Source of the DNA: a virus
Reading direction: 5' to 3' (one strand)
Virus record (IMG/VR): IMGVR_UViG_3300037524_000649
Length of the DNA stretch: 64,000 bases
In this document: piece by piece, positions 27,298 through 37,469 of the stretch
Position numbering within the stretch: position 1 is the first letter of the stretch
How the letters are laid out: the number at the start of each line of letters is the position of its first letter
Position numbers and translations under genes: made by a program
The notes under the pieces: generated by a model
The model's database searches: none
What the model was told of the DNA's origin: nothing
Seen by the model: the letters and a program-made list of their open reading frames with translations, nothing else

Positions 27298-27324
27298 GCA
27301 GCCCCCGGCGCCAGGCACGAAAAT
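27298..27324 (+). promoter_or_regulatory. GCAGCCCC-box promoter (box-N13-GAAAAT)
   Basis: Intergenic, upstream of the ejection-protein operon. Confidence 0.65.
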
Positions 27325-27349
27325 CGGAGCTACTCTGCGAGGGCCTCCG

Positions 27350-27820
27350 ATGTCGTCTCTATCCCCCGGCTCCAGCTATCGGACCTCGATAGCGAACTAC
27401 CAGAACCCGTACGCCAACGACGAGCGCTTCCTTGCTGGTGCGCCCGAAGGCTACGACATGTTTGACGACGGTGGCTGGTTCCGTATGCAGCACGACGCGA
27501 GCTGGGGTGCGGGCGATACGCGCTCGTGGAAGGACTACTGGGGCGGAGTCCCGGGTACTCCGCCGGCAACTCCAAGTGCGCCGCCGCAAGGCATCGGCGA
27601 TCCGCCTCCGACGACGCAGACCCCACCGCCGGCGCGGCCTCCGCCCCCGGTGCAGCCTCCGCCGCGGACGGTGGGGCCGCCGGGCACGTACGACTTCCCG
27701 CCCGGTCTGTTGGCCGGGCGCAACTACATCGGCGACATCTCCTCGGGCTGGGGCGTCGGCGACCGCAACCGCGGTACCGGGCTGAGCGCAGCCAGCAAAC
27801 TTACCGCGGCCAAGTGGTAA
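27350..27820 (+). CDS. Pro/Gly-rich hypothetical protein
   Basis: ORF track. TAATG coupling to the next gene. Confidence 0.6.
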   Translation: MSSLSPGSSYRTSIANYQNPYANDERFLAGAPEGYDMFDDGGWFRMQHDASWGAGDTRSWKDYWGGVPGTPPATPSAPPQGIGDPPPTTQTPPPARPPPPVQPPPRTVGPPGTYDFPPGLLAGRNYIGDISSGWGVGDRNRGTGLSAASKLTAAKW

Positions 27821-28287
27821 TGCGTGACGATCAGCGAGAGTTCCTGCAGTACGCGCTGCGCGGCAACGTACCCGCAGTGGAGTTCTGCGAGCTGCTTGGG
27901 CAGATCACCCAGGTGTGGGACGACATCATAGACGGGGACAACCCCGAGCTGACGCACGAGGACATCAACGCAGCGTTCTGGAATCTGTTCATCGCGCTAC
28001 CGAACAACGTCTTCTACCAGCAGAACTTCCACACGCTCAGTCCGCTGCTGCAGGCAGCCATCGTGGACTGGTGGGACAGCAACGAGTTGGTGAAGGGCGG
28101 GGTCACTGAGAAAGCCGCCGCCTATGTGTTGCGCGATACGCTGACCACGATCGTTATTCACTGCGCGCGGATCATCGGCGGCTACGCCTGGATGCGCGAG
28201 GTCAGCATGGAAGTCCGCAAGTTCCTCTACACAGAGGATCTGCTTGAGTTCATGGAGGAACACAGTGGCGAGCATCGGCGGGAGTAA
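27820..28287 (+). CDS. helical protein with DDxxD motif (isoprenoid-synthase-like fold candidate)
   Basis: 3' part of ORF 27526..28287. QVWDDIIDGD motif, ATG coupled to the upstream stop. Confidence 0.7.
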   Translation: MRDDQREFLQYALRGNVPAVEFCELLGQITQVWDDIIDGDNPELTHEDINAAFWNLFIALPNNVFYQQNFHTLSPLLQAAIVDWWDSNELVKGGVTEKAAAYVLRDTLTTIVIHCARIIGGYAWMREVSMEVRKFLYTEDLLEFMEEHSGEHRRE

Positions 28288-29131
28288 GTCATCGAGTAGT
28301 TCTAGCGGGGGCACCAGCTCCGTACCGCGCGCTCCTGCGTCTCCGCAGGAGACGATGCTCACGGACGTCGCGCGCGAGCAGTGGGCGGATTACCAGAACC
28401 GCTTCATGCCGCTCAACCAGCAGGTGCTCGATCAGGTTCGGGCGCGGTATGGTCGCGACGTCAAGCCGGCGATCGGTCGCGCCGAAGCCGACGTCCGCAT
28501 GTCGCTTGAGGGGCAGGATCGCGCGGCAGCGCAGGGTGCGATGCGCGGACTTGGTCGCGCGGGCTCCGGGCGCGGCCTGATGGCGCAGCTGGACAAGAAC
28601 CTCATCAAGGGCCAGGCGCTCGGCGAGGCGCAAGGTGGCGCGTTCCGCGGCGCCTTCGACCAGGAGTTCGCTGGGCTGACCAAGCTCGCCGCGCAGGGCC
28701 GCGGCATTCAGCACGACGCGATGCTGTCGACTGCCGAAGCGGGCAACGCCGCGACGCGCGCCGCGGTTGCCAAGGCTGGGCACTCGGGATCGCGTACGGA
28801 GAACTTCTCTCGCTCGAACGGCGGCTACGACCCGTGGAGCGACATCGGCACCATCATCGGCGGCGGTGCGCGCTTGTTTGGCGTTGGCCAAACCCCGGCG
28901 CCGAGTTGGGAGTCCGGCGTCACCCCTGGTAATAAGACGTCGCACCTCGGGGGGCTGTACACAACGACGTACTACGACCCTGCGAATGACTACAACGCGC
29001 CAGCCACTAAAAGCTCCAGTGGCGGTTTCTTCGGTGGAATATCCGATGCAATAGGTGGTTTCTTCGGCGGCGGCGGCGGCGGCGGCGGTAGCAGCAGCGC
29101 CGGGTTCTCCAACCCGTTTAACGTCTACTGA
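28265..29131 (+). CDS. probable internal virion (ejection) protein, G/S/A-rich
   Basis: GGAGG RBS before the GTG at 28265, low-complexity composition, position. Confidence 0.7.
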   Translation: MASIGGSKSSSSSSGGTSSVPRAPASPQETMLTDVAREQWADYQNRFMPLNQQVLDQVRARYGRDVKPAIGRAEADVRMSLEGQDRAAAQGAMRGLGRAGSGRGLMAQLDKNLIKGQALGEAQGGAFRGAFDQEFAGLTKLAAQGRGIQHDAMLSTAEAGNAATRAAVAKAGHSGSRTENFSRSNGGYDPWSDIGTIIGGGARLFGVGQTPAPSWESGVTPGNKTSHLGGLYTTTYYDPANDYNAPATKSSSGGFFGGISDAIGGFFGGGGGGGGSSSAGFSNPFNVY

Positions 29132-29141
29132 GGGTAGTCAG

Positions 29142-29750
29142 ATGTCTTTGGAAACTGCTGCCGCGATCGTCGGCATTGCGAGCGGGGTCAACAGCCTGGT
29201 CGGCGGTGGCGGCGGCACGTCGGGCTCGACCACCACGACTACCAAGCGTACGTACGCGCCTTTTGAGACACGGGCGAACGATGCGGCCAACGAGATCACC
29301 CGCGGTCAGTGGGATTACGCCAAGCAGTTTTACTCCCCACTGGAAAACGAGCTGATTGCCAAATCGAGCGCCAACGACGAGGAGCAGACCTACTGGCGCG
29401 GACACATCGCCGAGCACGGCACCAACCGGGCGTTCGACGGCAACAACCGCGATCTGATGCGCCAGGGTGTGACCATGTCCGGTCAGCAGCAGCAAGTCAT
29501 GGATCGCCTGCGGCAGCTCGGCGTTTCGCAGAACCGCGCTGCGGCACAGAACACCGATCGACTGCAGCAGTACGAGCGCAACAAGAACACGCTGGCGACG
29601 TTGGCCGGCTTCGGGCGTAGCAATCTGCAGGAGGCTAACGCCGCTGCGGGTGCTGCCGCCGGGATGGAAACGCAGCGCAACATCAGCGGTGGGTACACGG
29701 ACACGTCGACGTCCACCACCAAGAGCAAATCAAAGAGCGGGAGCCTCTGA
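29142..29750 (+). CDS. probable internal virion (ejection) protein
   Basis: Gly-rich hydrophobic N-terminus and Q/N-rich helical body. Confidence 0.7.
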   Translation: MSLETAAAIVGIASGVNSLVGGGGGTSGSTTTTTKRTYAPFETRANDAANEITRGQWDYAKQFYSPLENELIAKSSANDEEQTYWRGHIAEHGTNRAFDGNNRDLMRQGVTMSGQQQQVMDRLRQLGVSQNRAAAQNTDRLQQYERNKNTLATLAGFGRSNLQEANAAAGAAAGMETQRNISGGYTDTSTSTTKSKSKSGSL

Positions 29751-29752
29751 TC

Positions 29753-32320
29753 ATGACGGGTTTCTTCGACGGCTTTTTCCGCGGCTATGACTGGGTCGAT
29801 CAGCTGGAGGATCGCAAGCGTCGCCGCGAGCGCGAAGACCGCGACATGGCGTACCAGGACGAAGTACGTTCCCGTCAGCGCGGTGACTGGCAGTATCAGG
29901 ACAAGGTGCGTGAGCTGGAGGACGACGCTCGGGCCGCGGCCGAGGCTACGCGGATCTACGACTCAGTGATGCTCAATCCCGACGGGCGCACGTACAGGTC
30001 GTACGACGATCTACAGAAAGACCCCGAAGCCGCGAAGACCGTGCAGACTCTGCTCAACAGCCCGCACTTCGAGAAGTGGCGAAACGCGAACGGCCGCAAC
30101 GTGCGGATCGTCGGGGCGCGCGGAAGGGGGGATACGTTCGCCCTTGAGGCTGAAGTCACCGATCCGCAGACCGGGGAGGTCGTCAGCCGCGGCGCTGTGT
30201 CTGAGAATCGGGCGACCAACGTCGAAGACCCGAAGGGCAAGGATCGCGTGCGTTGGTACACGACTGGTGGCGTCGGTGAAGATCTGCGCTCGGAAGCGCA
30301 GGCCAAGCGCCAGCAGCTTGAGGAATACCGCACGTACCTGGCGGCCAAGAACCCGTCGTTCGCCAACGCGTACGCTGCGTCGCGGGCGAACCAGTACAAA
30401 GACGACGCGGTTGAAAAGGGCATGGAGGTGTTCGGTAAGCCGGTTGCGCAGCCTACTGCTCAGCCAGGTACCCAGTCTGCTCCTGATGACGCCCCGATCC
30501 CCAAGGACTGGCAGGCCCGTGCTGCGGCTGCTCCCGCCGGCGCTCCGTCTGCTCCTGCTGGCGCAATTCCAGGGGCGTCTGACAACTACCTGCGGACGTT
30601 GTGGGCCATCGAGAGTGGCAGCGGGAAGAATCTCAGGAATCCCAATTCGTCGGCCAGGGGACACTTCCAGTTTGTTAACGGGACGGCGCGAGCATACGGG
30701 CTGCTCGGCGACGGGTTCGACAAGCGCGGAGACCTGGAGGCTGAGACGGCGGCAGTCGTCCGTATGGCGCAAGACGATGCTGCAGAGCTTCAGCGCAACG
30801 GCTTGCCTGTCAACGACGCTACGCTGTACCTCGCGCATCAGCAGGGTCGCGGCGGTGCGGTTCGGCTACTGAAGGCTGCCGCTTCCGACTCGCCGACTGT
30901 GGACAAGACCACGCGGCAGAACATGATCGCCAACGGCGGCATTGGCATGACGCCGCGCGAGTTTGTCGATTTCTGGTCGCGGAAGGTCGAGGCCAAGTCG
31001 CAGTCGTCGCCTGTTGCTCGCCCCTCGCTCGCGGATGGCGCGCCTACGCAAGCGGTTGCACAAGCGCCTGCGCAGGCAGCGCCGCAACCTCCGGCCGCGC
31101 CGGAGCGGAATCCGCTTGTTCTGGATCGGGAGGCGCGCGCGCAGCGTCGCGGTCAGCTGAACTCCATCCCGCCGACTGGCGGCGAGGATATGCACGTCGA
31201 CGAGCGCCGCGCACTGGACGCGTGGGACAGCGTTCCCGACGACCAGAAGTCGCTGCTCGAACTGAAGCGCACGATCTTGTCGCGCGGTCAGCCAGGCGCG
31301 CCTCTCTCCGATCAGATGACGCGGCTTCGCTATTCCGAAGAACACCTCCCGGTCATAGACGAAAAACTGGCGGCGATAGCTGCTCGTAGCTCCCGCCCGT
31401 CCGCGCCCGCTCAGAGAGCAGCCCAAGCGCCAAGTGCTCCGTACGGAGCACGTCAGGACGCCGCAGCTGCCGAAGAGCAGGTATCGACTCCACCGGCTTC
31501 GCAGCAAGCGCCGGGGGCGCCGGGGGCGTCTGAGGCGCCGGCAGAAGGAACTACGTTCCCATTGCGCCCCTCCTCGACCCTCTCCCCCGAGCAGGTGGCG
31601 GAGCAGCGCAGTGCGTTGCGGCAGCTGTACAAGGCCGGCGTCATTACGTTCAAGGAGTCTGTCGACGCCGCCAAGACTGGCGAGCTGTACCACAAGGACG
31701 ACAAGCTGCAGATCGTCAGCGACGGGCTCGGCGGGTACTACGTCGTCAACAAGGAGAGCGGCGAGCAGCTGCGTCACGTAGAAAACCCCACCATGCGCGA
31801 GATACGGCGCAGCCAGGGTAAGGGGCGCAAATCAGGCGAAGCGGACGCCACGAAGTACGCCGACAAGCGCATCGAGTCGTTCAGCAAGCTGTATACCCCG
31901 CCCTGGGCGGAAGTAAAGGGTAAGCACGAGCCAGAGGCAGTTGCGGACGACATCCGCCGCACCATAGCGCTGGAACGGCCGGCGCTTGCTCAGGCCGGCT
32001 TCCCCCCGGATCACACAGACTGGGACGAGGGGGATTGGGATAAGTTCCTGGAGCTGTACCGTCAGTCGCGGCAGGGCGATAAGAATGAGGAGACGTTTTG
32101 GTCGAAATGGATCCCGGGGTACGAGGCGCGTGACGTAGTCGATACGCGTGGGACGGTTGATCGCTCCGTCCTACGTGGTGCCGGTCCCCAGGAGCCGTTC
32201 GTCCACCTGCCCAACGGCAAGCGCGTTGATCTGGAGAAGCTGGTTGCGCAGGGAGTGGCACCCGACATCGAAACTGCGCGCCAGATCGTCGAGCAGGAGC
32301 TGCGCGCGAGGCCGCGGTAA
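29753..32320 (+). CDS. internal virion protein with lytic transglycosylase (SLT-like) domain
   Basis: LWAIESGSG, SSARGHFQF and LYLAHQQG motifs. Confidence 0.85.
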   Translation: MTGFFDGFFRGYDWVDQLEDRKRRREREDRDMAYQDEVRSRQRGDWQYQDKVRELEDDARAAAEATRIYDSVMLNPDGRTYRSYDDLQKDPEAAKTVQTLLNSPHFEKWRNANGRNVRIVGARGRGDTFALEAEVTDPQTGEVVSRGAVSENRATNVEDPKGKDRVRWYTTGGVGEDLRSEAQAKRQQLEEYRTYLAAKNPSFANAYAASRANQYKDDAVEKGMEVFGKPVAQPTAQPGTQSAPDDAPIPKDWQARAAAAPAGAPSAPAGAIPGASDNYLRTLWAIESGSGKNLRNPNSSARGHFQFVNGTARAYGLLGDGFDKRGDLEAETAAVVRMAQDDAAELQRNGLPVNDATLYLAHQQGRGGAVRLLKAAASDSPTVDKTTRQNMIANGGIGMTPREFVDFWSRKVEAKSQSSPVARPSLADGAPTQAVAQAPAQAAPQPPAAPERNPLVLDREARAQRRGQLNSIPPTGGEDMHVDERRALDAWDSVPDDQKSLLELKRTILSRGQPGAPLSDQMTRLRYSEEHLPVIDEKLAAIAARSSRPSAPAQRAAQAPSAPYGARQDAAAAEEQVSTPPASQQAPGAPGASEAPAEGTTFPLRPSSTLSPEQVAEQRSALRQLYKAGVITFKESVDAAKTGELYHKDDKLQIVSDGLGGYYVVNKESGEQLRHVENPTMREIRRSQGKGRKSGEADATKYADKRIESFSKLYTPPWAEVKGKHEPEAVADDIRRTIALERPALAQAGFPPDHTDWDEGDWDKFLELYRQSRQGDKNEETFWSKWIPGYEARDVVDTRGTVDRSVLRGAGPQEPFVHLPNGKRVDLEKLVAQGVAPDIETARQIVEQELRARPR

Positions 32321-34023
32321 TGGCACTCAACCTCGACGACTTCATTGTCGATGGGCCGCAGTCTGCTGCGCCCGCGTTCAACCTCGACGACTACATCGTC
32401 GATGGCGGGCCGCAGACGGCAAACCTCGTCAGCGACTCAGGGCGATGGGTCGTCGAGGACGGCGACACGATCATCAACAAGGCGTCTGGCGAAGTGTTCC
32501 GTCTCGATGGAATGAACACGCCGGAGACGGTGCACCAAGAGAAGGGTTGGCGCAGCAACGAGTACGGGGCGACCGACGCTACGCGGCGCACGCTGGACTT
32601 CATCAACCGGGCCGAAGCCAACGGCGAGCTGAAGCTGGAGACGCACGGCCAGGACTCGTACGGACGGACGCTGGCGCGGATCCCCGGGCACGTCGAGGAG
32701 ATGATTCGCTCGGGCAACGCCGTAGTCGAGAGCAGAACGCAGGACCCCAACATCAATCGCGCCCGCCTGGAGCGCATGCTCTCCGACGAGCCGCTGCCGG
32801 CAATCCCGCCGGACGCAGCGCGTGCTGCTGGGCAACGGCTGGACGAGAACCTGCGCGCTCGCGCACATGCTCGGCCTACCGAGCGCATATCGGGCACGGG
32901 TACGTTCGGCCGTGCGTTCGAGCGAGGTGTCGATCAGACCAAGGGGCTTGCGGGCGCCGGGCTTGAAGTGCTCGGTCAGCTGACCGGGTGGGAAGGCGGC
33001 GAGAAGATGGGCCGCGAGATTGCCGACGCTGCCGAGCGCGAGCAGCGGGCAAACCCGGCGGAAGTCCCGACCTGGGAAGATGTGCACAGTATCGGTGACT
33101 TCGGCACGTACGCGCTGGAGAAGGTCGGCGAGCAGGTAGCTAACCTGGCGCTCATGGCGGCGGGCGGCGGCGTTGGCGGCGCAGTTGCCAAGCGCGGCGT
33201 TGCAGCCGCAGTCGAGGGGCTCGGCGTACGCGAGGCGGCGACCCTGGCAGCGCGGCGCGCAGCAGCCGGTCGCATGACCGGCATGACGGCGTCCAACATG
33301 CCGGTGTCCGTCGGCGAGGTGCAGCAGGAGCTGCACGAGGGCGGCATCCGCGCACCGGGTACTGCGCTTCTGGGCGGCACGGTCATCAGCGGCATGGATG
33401 CGCTGGGCCTTGAGGCTGTGCTAGGCCGCTTCTTCGACCCTGCCAAGCGCGTAGTGGCCAAGAACTTCGCCGAGGCGCTGGCCAAGGAAGTGCCAAAGGC
33501 CATGGGCTTTGGTGCGCTTGCGGAGGCGCCCACTGAGTACGCGCAGGAGATCGTAGCCGTCGCTGCGCGTGCCATGCACGACCCGACGTACGAGATCTTC
33601 TCCGAGGAGAACCTCAAGCGCTTCCGCGAAGCGGCTTTCGCTGGCGGCATCGTCGGTGGTGCGCTTGGTGGCGCGGGCGGTGCGGTCAAATCGATCGGAT
33701 ACGAGCGACCCGCTGGCGCGCCGTCGCCTGATGGCGCACAACCGCCTGCTGGTACGCCGCCGCCTGCGGGCGACGCAGCGCCTTCGACGATGCCGGATGG
33801 CCGCCCGGTCCCACCGCCAGCAGATGGGCCCGAGGTCGACCAACCGAGGTCGACCAGGCCGTGGTACGACGCGCTGCCGGACGACTTCGAGGTGGAGCTA
33901 CCGATCACTGTAGCCGAGACCGGCGAGCAGGGTACTGCGCGCATGCCGGCGAAGCAGGCGGCCTCAGAACTAAGTGCTCAGCGCGAGGCGTATGAGCTGC
34001 TGCGGGAGTGCCTTACGCGATGA
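32320..34023 (+). CDS. probable internal virion protein with N-terminal staphylococcal-nuclease-like domain
   Basis: EDGDT, FRLDGMNTPET.H..KG and DSYGRTLA align with SNase motifs. Gly/Ala-rich hydrophobic middle region. Confidence 0.8.
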   Translation: MALNLDDFIVDGPQSAAPAFNLDDYIVDGGPQTANLVSDSGRWVVEDGDTIINKASGEVFRLDGMNTPETVHQEKGWRSNEYGATDATRRTLDFINRAEANGELKLETHGQDSYGRTLARIPGHVEEMIRSGNAVVESRTQDPNINRARLERMLSDEPLPAIPPDAARAAGQRLDENLRARAHARPTERISGTGTFGRAFERGVDQTKGLAGAGLEVLGQLTGWEGGEKMGREIADAAEREQRANPAEVPTWEDVHSIGDFGTYALEKVGEQVANLALMAAGGGVGGAVAKRGVAAAVEGLGVREAATLAARRAAAGRMTGMTASNMPVSVGEVQQELHEGGIRAPGTALLGGTVISGMDALGLEAVLGRFFDPAKRVVAKNFAEALAKEVPKAMGFGALAEAPTEYAQEIVAVAARAMHDPTYEIFSEENLKRFREAAFAGGIVGGALGGAGGAVKSIGYERPAGAPSPDGAQPPAGTPPPAGDAAPSTMPDGRPVPPPADGPEVDQPRSTRPWYDALPDDFEVELPITVAETGEQGTARMPAKQAASELSAQREAYELLRECLTR

Positions 34024-34217
34024 GGATCCAACGCGATCGACTGGAGCAACTCGAACGCGGCGGCAAAGCGCGCGTTGCGAAGCCGCCGTCCGCAGTGGCA
34101 GCCCCAGTCGCGCGCAAAGATACTCAGCAGGCGCCAGTGGAAAAGAAGAAGTGGCGGTTCGACGTGAACCGCGACTACGACGGCTACATCACTAACGTGG
34201 TCGCCACGGAATTGTAA
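34020..34217 (+). CDS. small hypothetical protein (...KKWRFDVNRDYDGYITNVVATEL)
   Basis: ATGA overlap with the upstream gene. Confidence 0.6.
   Translation: MRIQRDRLEQLERGGKARVAKPPSAVAAPVARKDTQQAPVEKKKWRFDVNRDYDGYITNVVATEL
34098..34124 (+). promoter_or_regulatory. internal GCAGCCCC-box promoter (box-N13-GATACT)
   Basis: Sense orientation, about 110 nt upstream of the next gene. Confidence 0.55.
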
Positions 34218-34231
34218 GGGGATCATTCCTG

Positions 34232-34678
34232 ATGCTCACCTACGGCTGTTGGTTCTATTCGGACGAAAAGCCGGCTCCGCGCCGTCGGCTCAAGTCCCGC
34301 TTCACCGTGCATCTCAACGGCGCAACTTTGACCTTCACAGGAGACTTTTCTATGCTGCTTCCCATCGACAAGCAACTGCTCGGCTGCACCATTTCCTACG
34401 TCGACGCCGCTGGCAACGCCGCTCTTGTAGATGGCGACCCGGTGTGGGCGACCGATCGCCCCGATCTGCTGTCTCTGGTTCCGGCCGAGGGCGGCATGGG
34501 TTGCGACATCATTCCGGTTGGCCCGCTTGGCTCCGCTCAGATCACCGTCACTGCTGACGCCGACCTCGGCGAGGGCATGAAGGAAATCCTCACGCTCGGC
34601 ACCATCGAGTGCGTGGCTGGCGAAGCCGTTGGCGGCGTCATCAACTTTCCTGAGCCGACTCCTGGCGTGGCTCCGTAA
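34232..34678 (+). CDS. Ig-like beta-sandwich structural protein
   Basis: ORF track. An alternative start at 34352 has an AGGAG RBS. Confidence 0.65.
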   Translation: MLTYGCWFYSDEKPAPRRRLKSRFTVHLNGATLTFTGDFSMLLPIDKQLLGCTISYVDAAGNAALVDGDPVWATDRPDLLSLVPAEGGMGCDIIPVGPLGSAQITVTADADLGEGMKEILTLGTIECVAGEAVGGVINFPEPTPGVAP

Positions 34679-34689
34679 CCGGCTGTAGT

Positions 34690-34718
34690 GGGCGCGGCCC
34701 CGTCGTGGGGCCGCGCCC
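34690..34718 (+). terminator. 12-bp GC hairpin (no clear T-tract)
   Basis: GGGCGCGGCCCC-GTCGT-GGGGCCGCGCCC. Confidence 0.45.
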
Positions 34719-34763
34719 GTCAGCGAATGCGCTAAATGCTGACCCGTCACATCACCAACGTGG

Positions 34764-37460
34764 TTGCTACCGAGCTATAAGATGGCCTACGTCGCAGGCG
34801 TTGCATCCTCGCAGGAAGCGGTCGCTACGACCACGTTCACCATGGCTACCCCCGGTGGCGTGCAGGTCGGTGATCTGCTGGTCGCCATGTGTTCTCGTGA
34901 TGGCACCACTACGGCGATCACCTCGAACTGGACGATCCCATCCAGCGGGGAATACACGGCGGGCTCGATTCGCATGGCCGTCGCGTACACCAGGGTTACT
35001 GCCCTGCCTGTTACGCCATGCACCTTCACCGGAGCGAGTGAAGAGTGGGCCGGGTGCGTCTTCATCGTCCGTGATTACCACTACGTCTCGGCAGCCTCCG
35101 ACTGCGTCGACGTGGTCGGCAACAACAACGACACCGCTGGCCCGCCCTACTCCGCATCGGGCCTTGCGGTCAACTACGCCAACTCTCTGATCCTGGTCGC
35201 GGTCGGCGTGGACGGCACGGTGAACCCCGTCCCTTCCGGCGGCAACTTCGTGGTCGAGGACGCGCAGGACAACGGCGCCTGCTCGTTCCTCGCCGGCTGG
35301 TCGGTGGAGCCGACTGACGGCACGTCGGATGCCATCGACTTTATTGGCACCCTGACGAACAACAGCCTCGTCTTTTTGCAGCTCGCCATCCGCAACGCAG
35401 TGGGCGGACGGGTGCCTGTCGTTGCGTCGGCCACGATCCATGACGTGATCGACACTGGATACCACCGGGAGAGATCTGCCGCCTATACCAACGAGACGAA
35501 CACCAACAACTTCCGCGGCTGGGACGTGCGCGACCCCGACTACGTCTACCAGGACGACGGCGGCGTCTTCACCGACCTGACCACGGCGGCGACCAATGAC
35601 ACCGACGCGGACGTGGCGTATCCGTCCTCCGAGGCGATTGGCGACGCGATCTACATCGGCGACGCGGCGCAGTTCTCTTCGCTGATCCTGGACCGCGCGG
35701 GCTGCACGGCGGGCGTGGCGGGCGTCATCGCGGTTGAGTACTACAACGGCACCGCGTGGGCCGCCGTCCCGAAGAAGCTCGACCTAACGTCGAACCTCAC
35801 TGCGACGGTTGGTGACAACCAGGTAATCCAGTGGCGCGTTCCGTCCAACCAGGCGACAACCACCGTCAACTCGGTGTCGGCCTACTGGATCCGGCTGCGC
35901 TGCACCACTGTCTGGTCGACCAACCCGACCATCAGCCGCATCCGCGTGGCCGAGGCGGGGCTGGTGTACGACGCCTATGGTGCGGTGGCGGACACGGGCA
36001 TTAACGCCTTCTGGTCTACTAACGCTGTATCCCCCGCAAACACCTACATCGGGTGTCATACGGGCATGATTCGTGACCTTGGCACGACCATCGACCTCGA
36101 CATAGCGGAGCGCTACCTCGTCGGGACGTACCAGTTCACTTCTCCGCGTGAGTATTACGACTCGGGCGCCGCTGACCTCGGCTATGGCGTCAGGCTCCCG
36201 CTGCTGGACTCATCCAACAACTATAAGTCGTGGGTAATCGGCGGGTTCGCTTACCCGCAGTGCGCGGGCGACAAGCGCGTGACGTGGGCAATCCAGCCGT
36301 CGCAGACGACCGATACCTCGCACAGCGTCAGCGGTACGGCGCCGGACTTCAACAACGCCCGCAAGTGGGTGATCTCGCAGGGCTCCTACGCCGACGAAGT
36401 CGCCAACATCTACCACTCGTATATGGCGTTCGCCAACCGGGCGATCATCCAGGGTGGAAGTGCGGCTAACTGGTCTGACATCAAGCGGGCGCTTAACGGG
36501 ACTCTGTTTCCCTACTACAACGCTGGGCAGATCTACATCCCCGTCCAATTCGGTGGTACCAAGGCGTGCGACGTTGACTGCAACCTCGCTACGTTCGACT
36601 TCGTCACAGTCGCTGGGTCTAAGTACGGCGGCATGTTCCACGTCGACGCGGGTGTGCTTGGCGTCATCATCAAGGCGTCGTCTGGCGACACGATCTATAT
36701 TCGGAACAGCACGATCACCTCCGAGTCGCTGATCCGCTTCGAGGTGGACGCAGCATCTAGCGGGTCGGCAAACTACGATTTCACCGGTACGACAGTCGTC
36801 AATGCTACGGTCACGTTGCAGGACGTCGCCGTGTTCATGGGCATGAACTTCATCAACTGCCCGACCTTTACGCAGAACGGCGCGTATTTGGGGAACTCGA
36901 CGTTCGCGAACACCAAGGTCGATGTTGATTCGCCAATAGACCTGGGGAATATCGTAGATTGCGCCTTCACTTCTGGCGGCTCAGGGCACGCGATCGAGAT
37001 AAGCGGTACGGCCTCGGGCGAGGAGCCGGTTCCGCTGGTGGGATGTACCTTCACTAACTATGCGACCGAGAACGGATCCACCGGAGACGAAGCGATCTAC
37101 GTCAACATCGCCAGCGGCACGGTCGTGATACAGGTTTACAACAGTACGGAAGTGCCTTCGATTCGTACCGCGGGTGCGACGGTCTTGATCTTCAACCCGG
37201 TAATGCTGGAGATCTCTAACATCGAGATCGGCTCAGACATCGTGATCCTTGAGTCGGGCACGGACACCGTACTGGACAGCGGTGACGCCGTCGCAGAGTC
37301 ATCGTTCTACTTTGCCTACGAGTACGTGTCTAACACCTTTGTAGACATCTGTGTCTACCAACAGGGATTTGTCCCGTACGTTATCAGGGGCTTCCAGCTA
37401 AGTAGCAGCAACGCGGTGCTGCCCATCACGCAAACTTTTGACCGCAACTTTACGCCATAG
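34764..37460 (+). CDS. large beta-rich virion surface protein (spike/fibre-like, probable beta-helix)
   Basis: 898 aa, T/S/G/V-rich, with repetitive short beta strands in the C-terminal half. Confidence 0.7.
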   Translation: MLPSYKMAYVAGVASSQEAVATTTFTMATPGGVQVGDLLVAMCSRDGTTTAITSNWTIPSSGEYTAGSIRMAVAYTRVTALPVTPCTFTGASEEWAGCVFIVRDYHYVSAASDCVDVVGNNNDTAGPPYSASGLAVNYANSLILVAVGVDGTVNPVPSGGNFVVEDAQDNGACSFLAGWSVEPTDGTSDAIDFIGTLTNNSLVFLQLAIRNAVGGRVPVVASATIHDVIDTGYHRERSAAYTNETNTNNFRGWDVRDPDYVYQDDGGVFTDLTTAATNDTDADVAYPSSEAIGDAIYIGDAAQFSSLILDRAGCTAGVAGVIAVEYYNGTAWAAVPKKLDLTSNLTATVGDNQVIQWRVPSNQATTTVNSVSAYWIRLRCTTVWSTNPTISRIRVAEAGLVYDAYGAVADTGINAFWSTNAVSPANTYIGCHTGMIRDLGTTIDLDIAERYLVGTYQFTSPREYYDSGAADLGYGVRLPLLDSSNNYKSWVIGGFAYPQCAGDKRVTWAIQPSQTTDTSHSVSGTAPDFNNARKWVISQGSYADEVANIYHSYMAFANRAIIQGGSAANWSDIKRALNGTLFPYYNAGQIYIPVQFGGTKACDVDCNLATFDFVTVAGSKYGGMFHVDAGVLGVIIKASSGDTIYIRNSTITSESLIRFEVDAASSGSANYDFTGTTVVNATVTLQDVAVFMGMNFINCPTFTQNGAYLGNSTFANTKVDVDSPIDLGNIVDCAFTSGGSGHAIEISGTASGEEPVPLVGCTFTNYATENGSTGDEAIYVNIASGTVVIQVYNSTEVPSIRTAGATVLIFNPVMLEISNIEIGSDIVILESGTDTVLDSGDAVAESSFYFAYEYVSNTFVDICVYQQGFVPYVIRGFQLSSSNAVLPITQTFDRNFTP

Positions 37461-37469
37461 GGGGACAGC

